Source: Octopus bimaculoides | Lineage: Eukaryota | Direction of reading: 5' to 3' | DNA: 57,586 bases | Assembly: GCF_001194135.2 (NCBI RefSeq) | Contig: NC_068986.1 | Coordinates: 48,644,348 to 48,701,933, forward strand | In this document: positions 37,352 through 48,199 of the stretch, one piece after another | How positions within the stretch are numbered: position 1 is the first letter of the stretch | How the letters are laid out: every line of letters starts with the position of its first letter | Notes under the pieces: generated by a model | Databases searched by the model: none | Told to the model about the DNA's origin: nothing | The model's input: the letters and a program-made list of their open reading frames with translations, nothing else | Position numbers and translations under genes: made by a program

Positions 37352-37570
37352 CCCTTTGGCCCTTTGGTCACGAATGATCATGGGATTGCACCTAGAAAGT
37401 ATCCTTCCTAGGAACGGGTCTGTGCAAGATTGTCTGTGGAAGACCAGCAGTCATCCATGCATACCAGCCTCCCCTCTCTACACCACCGATGTTATCCTAG
37501 GGAAAAGGAAAAGCCGATGTAGCTTGGCACCAGTGACGCTGTAACTCACTTCCACAGATGAGTGAAAGAT
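37350..37570 (-). mobile_element. SINE family C, 3' two-thirds
   Basis: atgggattgcacctagaaagt...agaccagcagtc.cccatgcataccagcctcccctct...gcttggcaccagtgacg. Confidence 0.85.
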
Positions 37571-38339
37571 TAAGTGAACTTGCTGAGCAAATAAATCACT
37601 AAATTATTTGGAGTAGTTAGTGTATAAACACTTGAGTGCAAAAGTATGAGAATGTAAGAACTGAAGCTGGTCGCTGATTACTTACGCAAGCTGTAAATTC
37701 AGATAGATAACTAGCATCATTCTTTGATGCTTTTACATTATCAAATTCTATGTGAAATTTGGTTCTTCGCTTTATAATTTGCATAAAATTGAACCGTTCT
37801 ATAAAACTGCAGAGCATAGTTCGTTTGAAGAAAATAACAACTTGTTCAAGTGGTGTAACAGAGTGTTTAAGCAGATTCGTGGGATTAGCTGCACAACATG
37901 TAATTGTGATTCTCTAATTACAATATATACTATGAGTTTAAAAGTTTGGACATTAAACATATCAACATAACTCTTTCAGTGAAAGGCTCGAGTCTGGTTG
38001 TCAAAGGAATTACACCAAGTAAGATGACACTTATTTTCTTTTATTTGTGCTTATCAAATTCCTGAAGAAGAGTTTTCTTTTTTCCTCACCGGCACGTATC
38101 TCATCTGCATGTCTGGTCGGTAAAACTTTATAACATGAGATTCATTATGCACTGAGGACATATTTCATGCACTCAATCGGTGGGTGGAGGCTAGGATAAG
38201 ACGATTAGAGACCCAAGCATGATAACTAGGCTACATGTTTGTTCAACTTTTGGTGACAATGTTCGCGATTGCAATTTCAGTTGTCTAAATAGTCAGAACA
38301 GAAATGTGTTTCATATGAATTTTTGTTAAAAATACAAGA

Positions 38340-38540
38340 TGGCGAAATCGTTAGTTAGCACACCGGCAAAATGCTTAGCGGCATTTCGTCTGTCTTTACT
38401 TTCTCAGTTCAAATTTCACCGAGATCGACTTTGCTTTTCATCCTTTCCAGTTCGATAAAATAAGTACCAGTTGAGCACTGGGATCGATGTAATCGACTTA
38501 CTCGTCTTGCTGGAGTTGTGTCAATATTTGAAATCAATAT
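38340..38540 (+). mobile_element. SINE family B
   Basis: ggcaaaatgcttagcggcatttcgtctgtc...ttcatcctttcc...cgataaaataagtaccagttgagcactgggatcgatgtaatcgactta. Confidence 0.88.
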
Positions 38541-38685
38541 GAATTTTCGTGCGTGAATTTTCGTCTAATTTGAAACTACTGTTTAAAACATTGACAAATA
38601 ATGAAAGAGTCTTAAGTTCTGATTTGCACACAACTACTGTAGCAACCATTATATGTGAAATATAACTAATCGTTCCTTTAATAAT

Positions 38686-38906
38686 GGTTTAAAATTTTGC
38701 TACGAGGGCAGCAATTTTTTGGGAGGGGATGAATCAATTACGTACATCGACCCCAGTGTTCAACTGATACATACTTATCTTATCGACCCCGAAAGGATGA
38801 AAGGTAAAGTCAACCTCGGCGGAATTTGAACTCGGAACGTAGCGACGAGTGAAATACCACTAAGCATTTTGTCCAGCATGCTAACGAGTCTTTCAGCTCG
38901 TCGCCT
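38686..38906 (-). mobile_element. SINE family B, full length with perfect 19-bp TSD
   Basis: TSD taatcgttcctttaataat at 38667-38685 and 38907-38925. Confidence 0.93.
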
Positions 38907-40557
38907 TAATCGTTCCTTTAATAATAAGTGAAGGAGCTTATGTGTAGACTTGATGTAGAAGCTATCCATAGTAGAGAAAGGACATGTGGCGGTGTCACAG
39001 AAAGCTTAGCCGATACGCCCCGCCCTTCAATTCGATCAAGATTAGAAGCAAAAGCATCTTCACTTCTACGTCGAAATACATTTGGGATCTAAAGAGCAGA
39101 AGCTAGAAATAAGCTACAATAAATTTGAGCATAACTGTAAAGGAGAAAAATATAAAACAGACACGGCAGTAACTGCAATTTATCTGTGACAGAGAAGTTT
39201 TCTGATTTCTCTCATTTATGCATTTAATTTTCAAACTTTTGTGCCCATAGAAATTTTCTAAATTGAGTATTACAGCTATATGTTGTAGAGCTGACACCGT
39301 GTTGCAGCGATTGGGCATCCTAGCAATCTGAACAGATTTACTGTTGTACAGTTCCACAGAGTGAGTCAATGAGTTGCAGACGATGAAGTTAGGCATCTTA
39401 ATTTACCTAATATTTAATCAACTGCTGAGTCAGGATTTTACATTTCGAGAGTTTTATATTCAAGTATTTATGCATTTAATCTTCAAAATCATTGAATCCT
39501 ATTTGCGAAACCCCATAGAGACACCACAGTTACCTGCTGCAGTATATGATTACTTACAAACATATCATTGACTTTTCAGATATCCGGTTGCCTGCCTTAT
39601 GAGCATTTGATGATACATAAGGGGAGAAGTGTGATATTTAACTTCATGTGTATACCTTGTAAATTTTCTATAGTAACATTCTTCGAAAAAATTTAGACAC
39701 CTCTCTTCGATTTACTGCGCTTTCTTTCACCTCGATTAATTGATCCCTATCTATACTCTAATTATTTTTCCTTACCAAACAATCATTATTTTCTCCAGTT
39801 TTAATTTAGCAATACCTTTTTTTTTTATCACATCCCTTATTTTCAGACATTATCCATTCTCAGTCATTGTTTTCAAATACAATATTTCCTTTCATTATTT
39901 CTATTTTGAAACTGAAATTATTTCCCTTAAATTAACCATTTAAATGAGTATCAATATGGTTGCATTTGAATTCTTTGTGAAATACACTTGCGCACATTTT
40001 ATTACTGGTTATTACTGTGTATCGTTCATTCATATCTAAATTTACGTGCAAGTAGCGAGTGAACTGCTCTAACCAATGAGAAGGATGTGTTTCTATATCA
40101 CGTAGAATTTCTCTGGACTGCTGTTTATTCTTTTCTTAAACTGTTAAAAGAAAACGAAAGAAAACCAACAAAAAGCAAAAAGAGTTCACGGAGACAGAAC
40201 GCCTCAAACTGTCGGTGAAAATACTAAAATAAAAGTGAAGAGGACACAAATTACGTGGTGTGGAAACACCCAACATAAAACAACGGAAACAAGTAGGGAG
40301 AAACAATTTCTTCCAAACGCCAGCGAGACCACTTGTTTGAAAAATAACGAAAAAACGAAAAGAATGATGATGAACTAAAATTCACCAATCTTCGGAAAGT
40401 GAACAAATAGTTAATAAATAAAATAAAGCATTTGTGGGGCCATGGACTTTCCGAAGAAGATATAATGGCAAAAAAAAAACTCAGTTAAATTCACAATGGA
40501 CACAAAAGCACACGCTAAGTCTCAACAAGATTAACACAATTATAGGCACAGGATTAT

Positions 40558-40710
40558 AGGCACAGGAGTGGCTGTGTGGTAAGTAGCTTGCTTACCAACC
40601 ACATGGTTCCCACTGCGTGGCACCTTGGTCAACTGTCTTCTACAATAGCCTCGGGCCGACCAAAGCCTTGTGAGTGGATTTGGTCGACGGAAACTGAAAG
40701 AGGCCCGTCG

Positions 40711-40746
<36 letters not shown>

Positions 40747-41004
40747 TGTGTGTCCGTGTGTGTCCGTGTGTGTCTGTGTGTATTTATTTGTATGTCTGTG
40801 TTTGTCCCCACAACATTGCTTGACAACCGATGTTGGTATCTTTAAGTCCCTGTAACTTAGCGGTTCGGCAAAAGAAACCGATAGAATAAGTACTAGGCTT
40901 ACAAAGAATAAGTTCTGGAGTCGATCTGCTCGACTATAGGCGGTGCTCCAGCATGGCCGCAATCAAATGACTGAAACAAGTAAAAGAGTAAAAGAGTAAA
41001 GAGT
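40558..41004 (+). mobile_element. SINE family A, full length
   Basis: Head ggcacaggagtggctgtgtggtaagtagc, internal (TA)n(TG)n and tail (gtaaaaga)n. The 5' end has a short tandem duplication tataggcacagga. Confidence 0.93.
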
Positions 41005-41034
41005 ACTAAAGCATTAAACCACACAGTAAAATAA

Positions 41035-41290
41035 AATTATCCTCAAACCCCAAAGAATTCCTCTCAACACATGCCTATGATGCTCCCCCACTACTTCTGC
41101 TCGTGATCAGAGATGCACACATGGTCAGCCACCAAGGGACATGCTCAACTAGTTAAGGTCAAGAAACTGAAAAGCAAATCTGTAGCATTGAGCAGAGTAT
41201 TTGCTGTAGCCTATGTTTCATACCAAGACAAAACAATGTACATGATAACACTACCAGTCAGTTAAGATCAAGAGCCATGAGAGCTGGTGC
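41035..41290 (-). repeat. Unclassified interspersed repeat X, partial
   Basis: Reverse complement of ~27250-27500. Confidence 0.85.
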
Positions 41291-41310
41291 CTTATCATCA
41301 TCATCATCAT

Positions 41311-41354
<44 letters not shown>

Positions 41355-41366
41355 TTATTATTATTA

Positions 41367-41585
41367 GGTCAGTGAGCTTGCAGAATATTTAGCAAGCCAG
41401 GCAATATCCTTAGCGCTGTTTCGTCCGTCTTTACTTTTCGAGTTCAATTTCTGCCGGATTGACCTTGCCTTTCGTCCTTTCGTGGTCGATAAAATAAGTA
41501 CTAGTTGAACACTTGTGTCTATATAATCGACAAGTCTCCTTCCTCCGAAATTGCTCGCTTTTTACCAAAATTTGAAACCAATATT
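41367..41585 (+). mobile_element. SINE family B, diverged
   Basis: tttcgtccgtctttac...gagttcaattt...gcctttcgtcctttcgtggtcgataaaataagtac...tttgaaaccaatatt. Confidence 0.8.
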
Positions 41586-41859
41586 ATTATTTCTTTTTAG
41601 CTGCCACAGTATCTGTTTTATATTTTACTTTGGACAACTTTTATACACACTTTTATACTCATTTTTTCTCAGATATTTATACATTGCAAAATTGTCCAGC
41701 TCTTGAATTACTAACTGTCTCAAAAGTTCCAAAATCATCTGCTCTACGGGTTAGTATTTCCTATTTCAATATTAGTTTCCTGCATTTATCTATTTCAAAT
41801 AATAACATATAAATGATTGTAAATTCCACGACAATATTGAGGTGGCTCTCGAGCTGGGA

Positions 41860-42082
41860 ACTCTTTTACTTGTTTCAGTCATTTGACTGTGGCCATGCTG
41901 GAGCACCGCCTTTTAGTCGAGCAAATCGACCCCATGACTTATTCTTTGTAAGCCTAGTACTTATTCTATCGGTTTCTTTTGCCGAACCGCTAAGTTACGG
42001 GGACGTAAACACACCAGCATCGGTTGTCAAGCGATGTTGGGGGGACAAACGCAGACACACAAACATACACACACACACACAG

Positions 42083-42115
<33 letters not shown>

Positions 42116-42286
42116 CCTATATACTATGGGCTTCTTTCAGTTTCCGTCTACCAAATCCACTCACAAGGCTTTGGTCGGCCCGAGGCAATAGTAGAGGGCA
42201 CTTGCCCAAGGTGCCACGCAGTGGGAATGAACCCGGAACCATGTGGTTGGTAGGCAAGCTACTTACCACACAGCCACTCCTGCGCC
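41860..42286 (-). mobile_element. SINE family A, full length
   Basis: End-to-end reverse complement of 40558-41004. Confidence 0.95.
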
Positions 42287-42419
42287 TACAACTTTTGTAT
42301 TCTATATATGGAAGATAATGGATGAGACTAGATATCCTTCTGTTTCCACGAAGTATCTCAAAGTTGCTTTTTATTAATCTACTTAATGAGGAAAGCTGCG
42401 CAAAGAAGTGCTGAGCTCT

Positions 42420-42842
42420 AATTGTGAGGGTAACAGTGGAAGGGACGAAGCGAAGTGACGAGAAAGGATCTTCGGACGCTAGACCTCAGTGAGGAAATGA
42501 CAAGGGACTGGGAGATGTGGCGATTTGCTGCAATTGAGAAGACGCAAGAAGTTAAGTAAAGTTGTTGTCGTCCACACATACAGTCTTGTCTTTTCAGGTG
42601 TTGGTGCCACATAAAAAGCACCCGTGCTGATGCTGCGTTGATGCACCCGTACCGGTGACACGTAAAGCGCACACAGTACACTCTGTTAAGTAGTTGGCGG
42701 TAGGACGGGCAGCCAGCCGTAAAAACCATGCCACAACAGACAATTGGAGTCTAGACAGCTCCCTGCTAGCCAGCTCCATGTGAAACCGTCCAAGCATGGA
42801 AAACGGACGTTAAACAATGACGACAATGATGATGATGATGAA
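42420..42842 (+). mobile_element. RTE-clade LINE 3' end (ORF C-terminus, 3' UTR, (GAT)n tail)
   Basis: VTRKDLRTLDLSEEMTRDWEMWRFAAIEKT..* resembles RTE ORF ends. The UTR ends ggacgttaaacaatgacgacaatgatgatgatg. Confidence 0.72.
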
Positions 42843-42846
42843 CTTA

Positions 42847-43645
42847 ATGATGACAAAATTAGGATAAACTTAAAACCAGGATTATTGTTGCATATGTGTA
42901 TCTCGGTATATATTACTGTGTCGCAAAAGCTTACATTTATCGCGTTGTTGATGATCTTAAAAGTTGTTTTTCTTTGAACATTTCTTCCTTGTTTGTTTTA
43001 ATAAAACTTAATTTGATTTCAAATTGATGTGCTACGACATTTTGTTAATTGGGATCGAATCCAAAGTGTTCCTGTAGTCGATCAAGGCACTTTATAAGTT
43101 CTTTTTTTTATAGCATTTCATCATCCGAACGAATTACCATGTGTATGCAAGCGTATAGGAAATTATTTAACCAGGTAAATAGATTTTATACCAAAAAGTT
43201 AGAAATTGTTATCTCTCATTTTACTTAAGTGATAGATTCCTTTAATGTTGGTCTTTAAGTGACAGTTTCTTCATTTTTTATTTAAAATTCATGGATGACA
43301 ATGTATATCTACTTAATAGATTCCAATGTGGTTCCAAAACAAACTTCCCTCTCCGTTCCCTTTACGCGGAGGAGCGTATCACTGCCTTCAAAAGCAACGC
43401 AGTCACCAGATGTCCAGCCCAGGTGGAGCTCTTGCTATCTTAACGCAACGACTCCGTCTTTCTAAATATGTCGGGCATAATCTAAGTTCCCTGTCTTGCA
43501 TGATAACGATGACACAATTAGGATAAACTAAAAAAACCAGGATCATTGTTCCATATGTGTATCTCAGTATATATTACTGTGTCGCAAAAGCTTACAGTTA
43601 TGGCGTCTTGGTGATCTTAAAAATTGTTTTCCTTTGAACATTTCT
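42847..43645. repeat. ~139-bp direct repeat pair (42847-42985 and 43506-43645)
   Basis: The two copies align by eye at roughly 85-90% identity, including the exact core gtatatattactgtgtcgcaaaagcttaca. Confidence 0.9.
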
Positions 43646-43984
43646 ACAGTGTTTCACAGCGAGGAATTCACTCTTGAAGAGAACCTCCATGTTACCGAAC
43701 TGCTTTACCTTGGCCACGTGATCTCTATCCACCTATATTTCTTTCAGAGTTCCACCTGGGTGTAACATTTGGTTCTAGACTTCGGATAACTGACGCTATA
43801 ATTCTATCAAAAAAAGGAAAAGATGGGAACAATTATATTACTATAATACCTGTGCCATTTAGTGCACAATTTAGAAGCTACTCTCTTCAACTAGTGAAGT
43901 AGTTGCTTTAAAAATATTCAGAATAGTAAATGACTTTTGAACAAGACGTGATGATGTACATCCAACACAAACTATGATGATGAT

Positions 43985-44060
43985 GAGGCTTGAACTCAGA
44001 ACGTAAAGAGGCGAAAGAAATCCTACTAACTATATTGTTCGACGCGCTGACAATTTTGTC
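43985..44060 (-). mobile_element. SINE family B head fragment
   Basis: ttgaactcagaacgtaaag...gaaat...cgcgctgacaattt. Confidence 0.55.
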
Positions 44061-44249
44061 AATTAAAGAAAATAGCAACCACAACAATAGTAACATAATG
44101 ATAATCCTTTCTATACTAGAAACCATGCCTAAAATTTGGTCGATGGGGTCTGCTTGTTTACGTCGAACATAGTATTTAAGTGGTACGTCTCCCATTGTCG
44201 TCGAAAGAATGTAAAGCGAAGTACCAGAAATATGAGGCTTTGCTGTGCT

Positions 44250-44342
44250 AAGAGTGACAGTGAACTTGCAACGCAAAGACATATGAAATACTGCGAAGCA
44301 TCTTGTCTGCTGTGCTAACGATTCTTCCAGCTCGTCGCCTCG
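44250..44342 (-). mobile_element. SINE family B head fragment
   Basis: gaaatactgcgaagcatcttgtctgctgtgctaacgattcttccagctcgtcgcct. Confidence 0.7.
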
Positions 44343-44379
44343 ACATAATGATAGTATATCGAAAAATAATAATAACTAT

Positions 44380-44605
44380 AACGAAAACAGTAATAAAAAT
44401 AACAACAGCAAAATTAATTACGATGAAGGATAATAAAAATAACAGCAATGGTGGTGATGATGGTGATGAGGAGGAGAAAGTCGAGGAGGAGGAAGTGGGG
44501 GAGGAGGAGAAGGAAGAGGAGGAAGAAGGGGAGGAGGAGGACGACGACGACGACAACGACGACCACGACCACAACAAGGATGAGAATGACGATAATGATG
44601 CTGAA

Positions 44606-44640
<35 letters not shown>

Positions 44641-44669
44641 CGACGATGATGATGATGGTAATAAAAAAT

Positions 44670-44720
<51 letters not shown>
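44380..44720. repeat. Degenerate trinucleotide tract (GAG/GAC/GAT/AAT)
   Basis: Direct reading of the sequence. Confidence 0.85.
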
Positions 44721-44721
<1 letters not shown>

Positions 44722-44993
44722 GATTCTTCAATTGACTAGAAGGCAAAAATATTTAAAAAAAAAGCAAAACTAACACATAAATGATATTAAAAGACATTGT
44801 AATAAAATGTAAATTGATACAAAACGAGATTGACAGAACGACAGAAATGGGGTTACATAAAATTGCATGTGTATATGTGTAACTGTGTGAANNNNNNNNN
44901 NNNNNNNNNNNNNNNNNNNNNNNNNNNAATTATATGTAAGCATTGACAATCAGTTGTATGTACATGTGGGCAATCTATCTATCTATCTATCTA

Positions 44994-45030
<37 letters not shown>

Positions 45031-45073
45031 ATAAATAAAGACATATACATACATATATCCGTAACAGACATAG

Positions 45074-45105
<32 letters not shown>

Positions 45106-45226
45106 GCATATATATATACATATAAACGTGCGTATACGCATTCATGTATATAGATAAGATATGTATATACGTGTATACGCGACACAGCCTCATTTATATA
45201 TTATACGTATATGTGCATATCTATAC

Positions 45227-45263
<37 letters not shown>

Positions 45264-45329
45264 TATGCATATATACGTATATATGTATAAATATGTATAT
45301 ACACATATACATGCATGTATATACATATG

Positions 45330-45366
<37 letters not shown>

Positions 45367-45377
45367 ATATACATAAT

Positions 45378-45459
<82 letters not shown>

Positions 45460-46244
45460 TGTGTGTTTGTGTGTGTGTGTATGTTTTTATGGGCGTGCAT
45501 CTGTATCATACAAGCTGAGTAATATAATCACGATAACAACAGTCGCATCGACATCAGGAACGGACGTCGGCAACATACCTTGACTGCAACAATGGACGAA
45601 AAATAACAACAATATGACCATACAAGAGACAGCATCATCCACACAGTGATTACAACGAAAGAAGAACAGTAGCAAAAATAACAAAAGAACGCAAACAAAA
45701 AAAACCACAACAGCAAATGAAAGACAAAACAAACGACTGTAGCATGAAACACAGACAATTTTACGAACAATAACAACTGCTCGAAAAAAGTACCAACAAA
45801 CAATGACTGAAACTAACAAGTATACAAATATTCGAAACATTTCTATCGTCTGCTCTAGCAAAGCGAAGAAACAAGATGGCTGTATAAATAGCGGATACAA
45901 AAATAAATACATACATAAACAAACGTCGTTAGAGAAAACTATAATAGAAATGGCGACGCCCGTAAAATGGCTTCCATGAGAGTTTTCTAATTATAATAGG
46001 GCTTCCAAATGACATTTCCGATTAATATTTTGGCTACAGGATCCTTTCATCTCGACTAATAGCTTCATTTGAAAAGTAGTATATATTTTTGGCGTCACAC
46101 GAATCAAGACCCGCGAATCTACGAGAATCTTTCACGTTTAGTTAAACATGCTTAATCATTTCTATAACAATGTATGAGAAGATAAGTGTATCAGCGTATG
46201 TGTGTAGCATACCTTTGTAATTGCATACGCTTTTGTGTCTGTAG

Positions 46245-46276
<32 letters not shown>

Positions 46277-47091
46277 GTGTTTGTGTGTGCGTTGTTCAGT
46301 GTAATGCATATGGATGCGTATTCTTCTGCGTTTGTACACTGTGCATAGATTAAATCATGTCTCCATGATGTGTATGTATGTTGTAAATATGCATGTAGAC
46401 ACTTATATATATANNNNNNNNNNNNNNNNNNNNNNNNNNNNNNNNNNNNNNNNNNNNNNNNNNNNNNNNNNNNNNNNNNNNNNNNNNNNNNNNNNNNNNN
46501 NNNNNNNNNNNNNNNNNNNNNNNNNNNNNNNNNNNNNNNNNNNNNNNNNNNNNNNNNNNNNNNNNNNNNNNNNNNNNNNNNNNNNNNNNNNNNNNNNNNN
46601 NNNNNNNNNNNNNNNNNNNNNNNNNNNNNNNNNNNNNNNNNNNNNNNNNNNNNNNNNNNNNNNNNNNNNNNNNNNNNNNNNNNNNNNNNNNNNNNNNNNN
46701 NNNNNNNNNNNNNNNNNNNNNNNNNNNNNNNNNNNNNNNNNNNNNNNNNNNNNNNNNNNNNNNNNNNNNNNNNNNNNNNNNNNNNNNNNNNNNNNNNAGA
46801 TAGGTATATTGATATAGATATAGAATCTACATATGTATATACATGAAATATACAAAATACTTATATATACGTAGGTACATATATATATATATATATATAT
46901 AAATACATATATAATACATAATATATATGTATTTATATATATATATACGTATATATATATGCATATATATATGTGTACACACACATATATATATATGCAT
47001 ACATACATATACACATATAAACGTATATACATGCATATGTGTGTGTGCGCGGTGTGTGTGGTATGTGTGTGTGTTTGTGTACGTGTGCATT

Positions 47092-47131
<40 letters not shown>

Positions 47132-47149
47132 GTACTGTGTCGACTAGAC

Positions 47150-47320
47150 AATCGGATATTGTTTTACGCAGTTGGTCAGAATGTCAGTCTGTAATCAGGG
47201 TCATCCGTTTACAGCAAAGTAAAATGAACTGTTTTGTTCAAGAACACGAGTCCCCGCCGGTCTGGGAACCGGTACCATGAACTGGTATGCACATCGTACC
47301 CACTATGCCATGCACCTCAT
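47150..47320 (-). mobile_element. SINE family C/E-type head, old
   Basis: The reverse complement reads gaggtgcatggcatagtggg...gttcccagaccggcggg..gtgttcttgaacaaaaca. Confidence 0.55.
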
Positions 47321-47322
47321 AC

Positions 47323-47368
<46 letters not shown>

Positions 47369-48199
47369 TGAGTGAGAGTAAGAGAGTGCAAGCGACAGAT
47401 CAAGATCGAGCAACAGAGAGTCACATACATACATATATGCATACATACAGGTAGAAATTATCATTAAACCTCAACCATGATATTGAGTACTCTTTTGTGC
47501 GACAGGTAGTACTAAACGCATGCGTATGTGTGTGTGCGTGCGTGTGTGTGCGTGTGTGTATGTAACTGAGCGAGAGCGAGAGAGAACTTGTGAGTGTTTG
47601 TGTGTGCGAATACATAAGCTCGTGCTTCTATTATTATATCGACGAACACTAGATTAAGTGACTCGTGTGTATGTGCTTCTATATAGAAATGAATGTTATA
47701 TACTGGGAAGGGTGAGTATCGCACAGTAGCATTACGCAAACGTTTTTTAGCGATCTTCTCGGGCGTAAATCAAGAAAACTAACCAAATACTGTCTGAAAC
47801 CCTGACAAAATGGAACACTAATTTTTTTAACGTCAACAATTCAGATGCCTTCTCGTCTAACTCACAATACTTCCATAAACACATAGTTTTATCCGCTAAA
47901 GTTATCACTTGCTTATTAAATAAGAACTACATAAGCCTTATCTCAAATGAATACCAATTTAACTTTGACCAGTATCTTCACACATTTAAAAATCCCAACA
48001 AATGATCTCCCACAAGGCTACCTAACTAGGTTTGGAGCTTAAAAGACTGAAATACATCATATTCCTACATTATCAACGTATTAACTGGCAAACCGTAAGA
48101 AGTCAGACTTTAATCTCCACTCTCCTTGCATCTCTCAGGAAAGAGCAATTCTATTTAGCACCCATAATCTTCTTGAGAATCATCTTGTGGACCATCTCA

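Noticed and set aside
39251-39360. Exon candidate with strong splice sites and an IGHPSN (CRIB-like) peptide
   Set aside because: All frames from the strong acceptor contain stops, and the CRIB consensus is not met.
45948-45975. Tandem YY1-like aaatggcg/aaatggc motifs
   Set aside because: Short motifs expected by chance, with no other promoter evidence.
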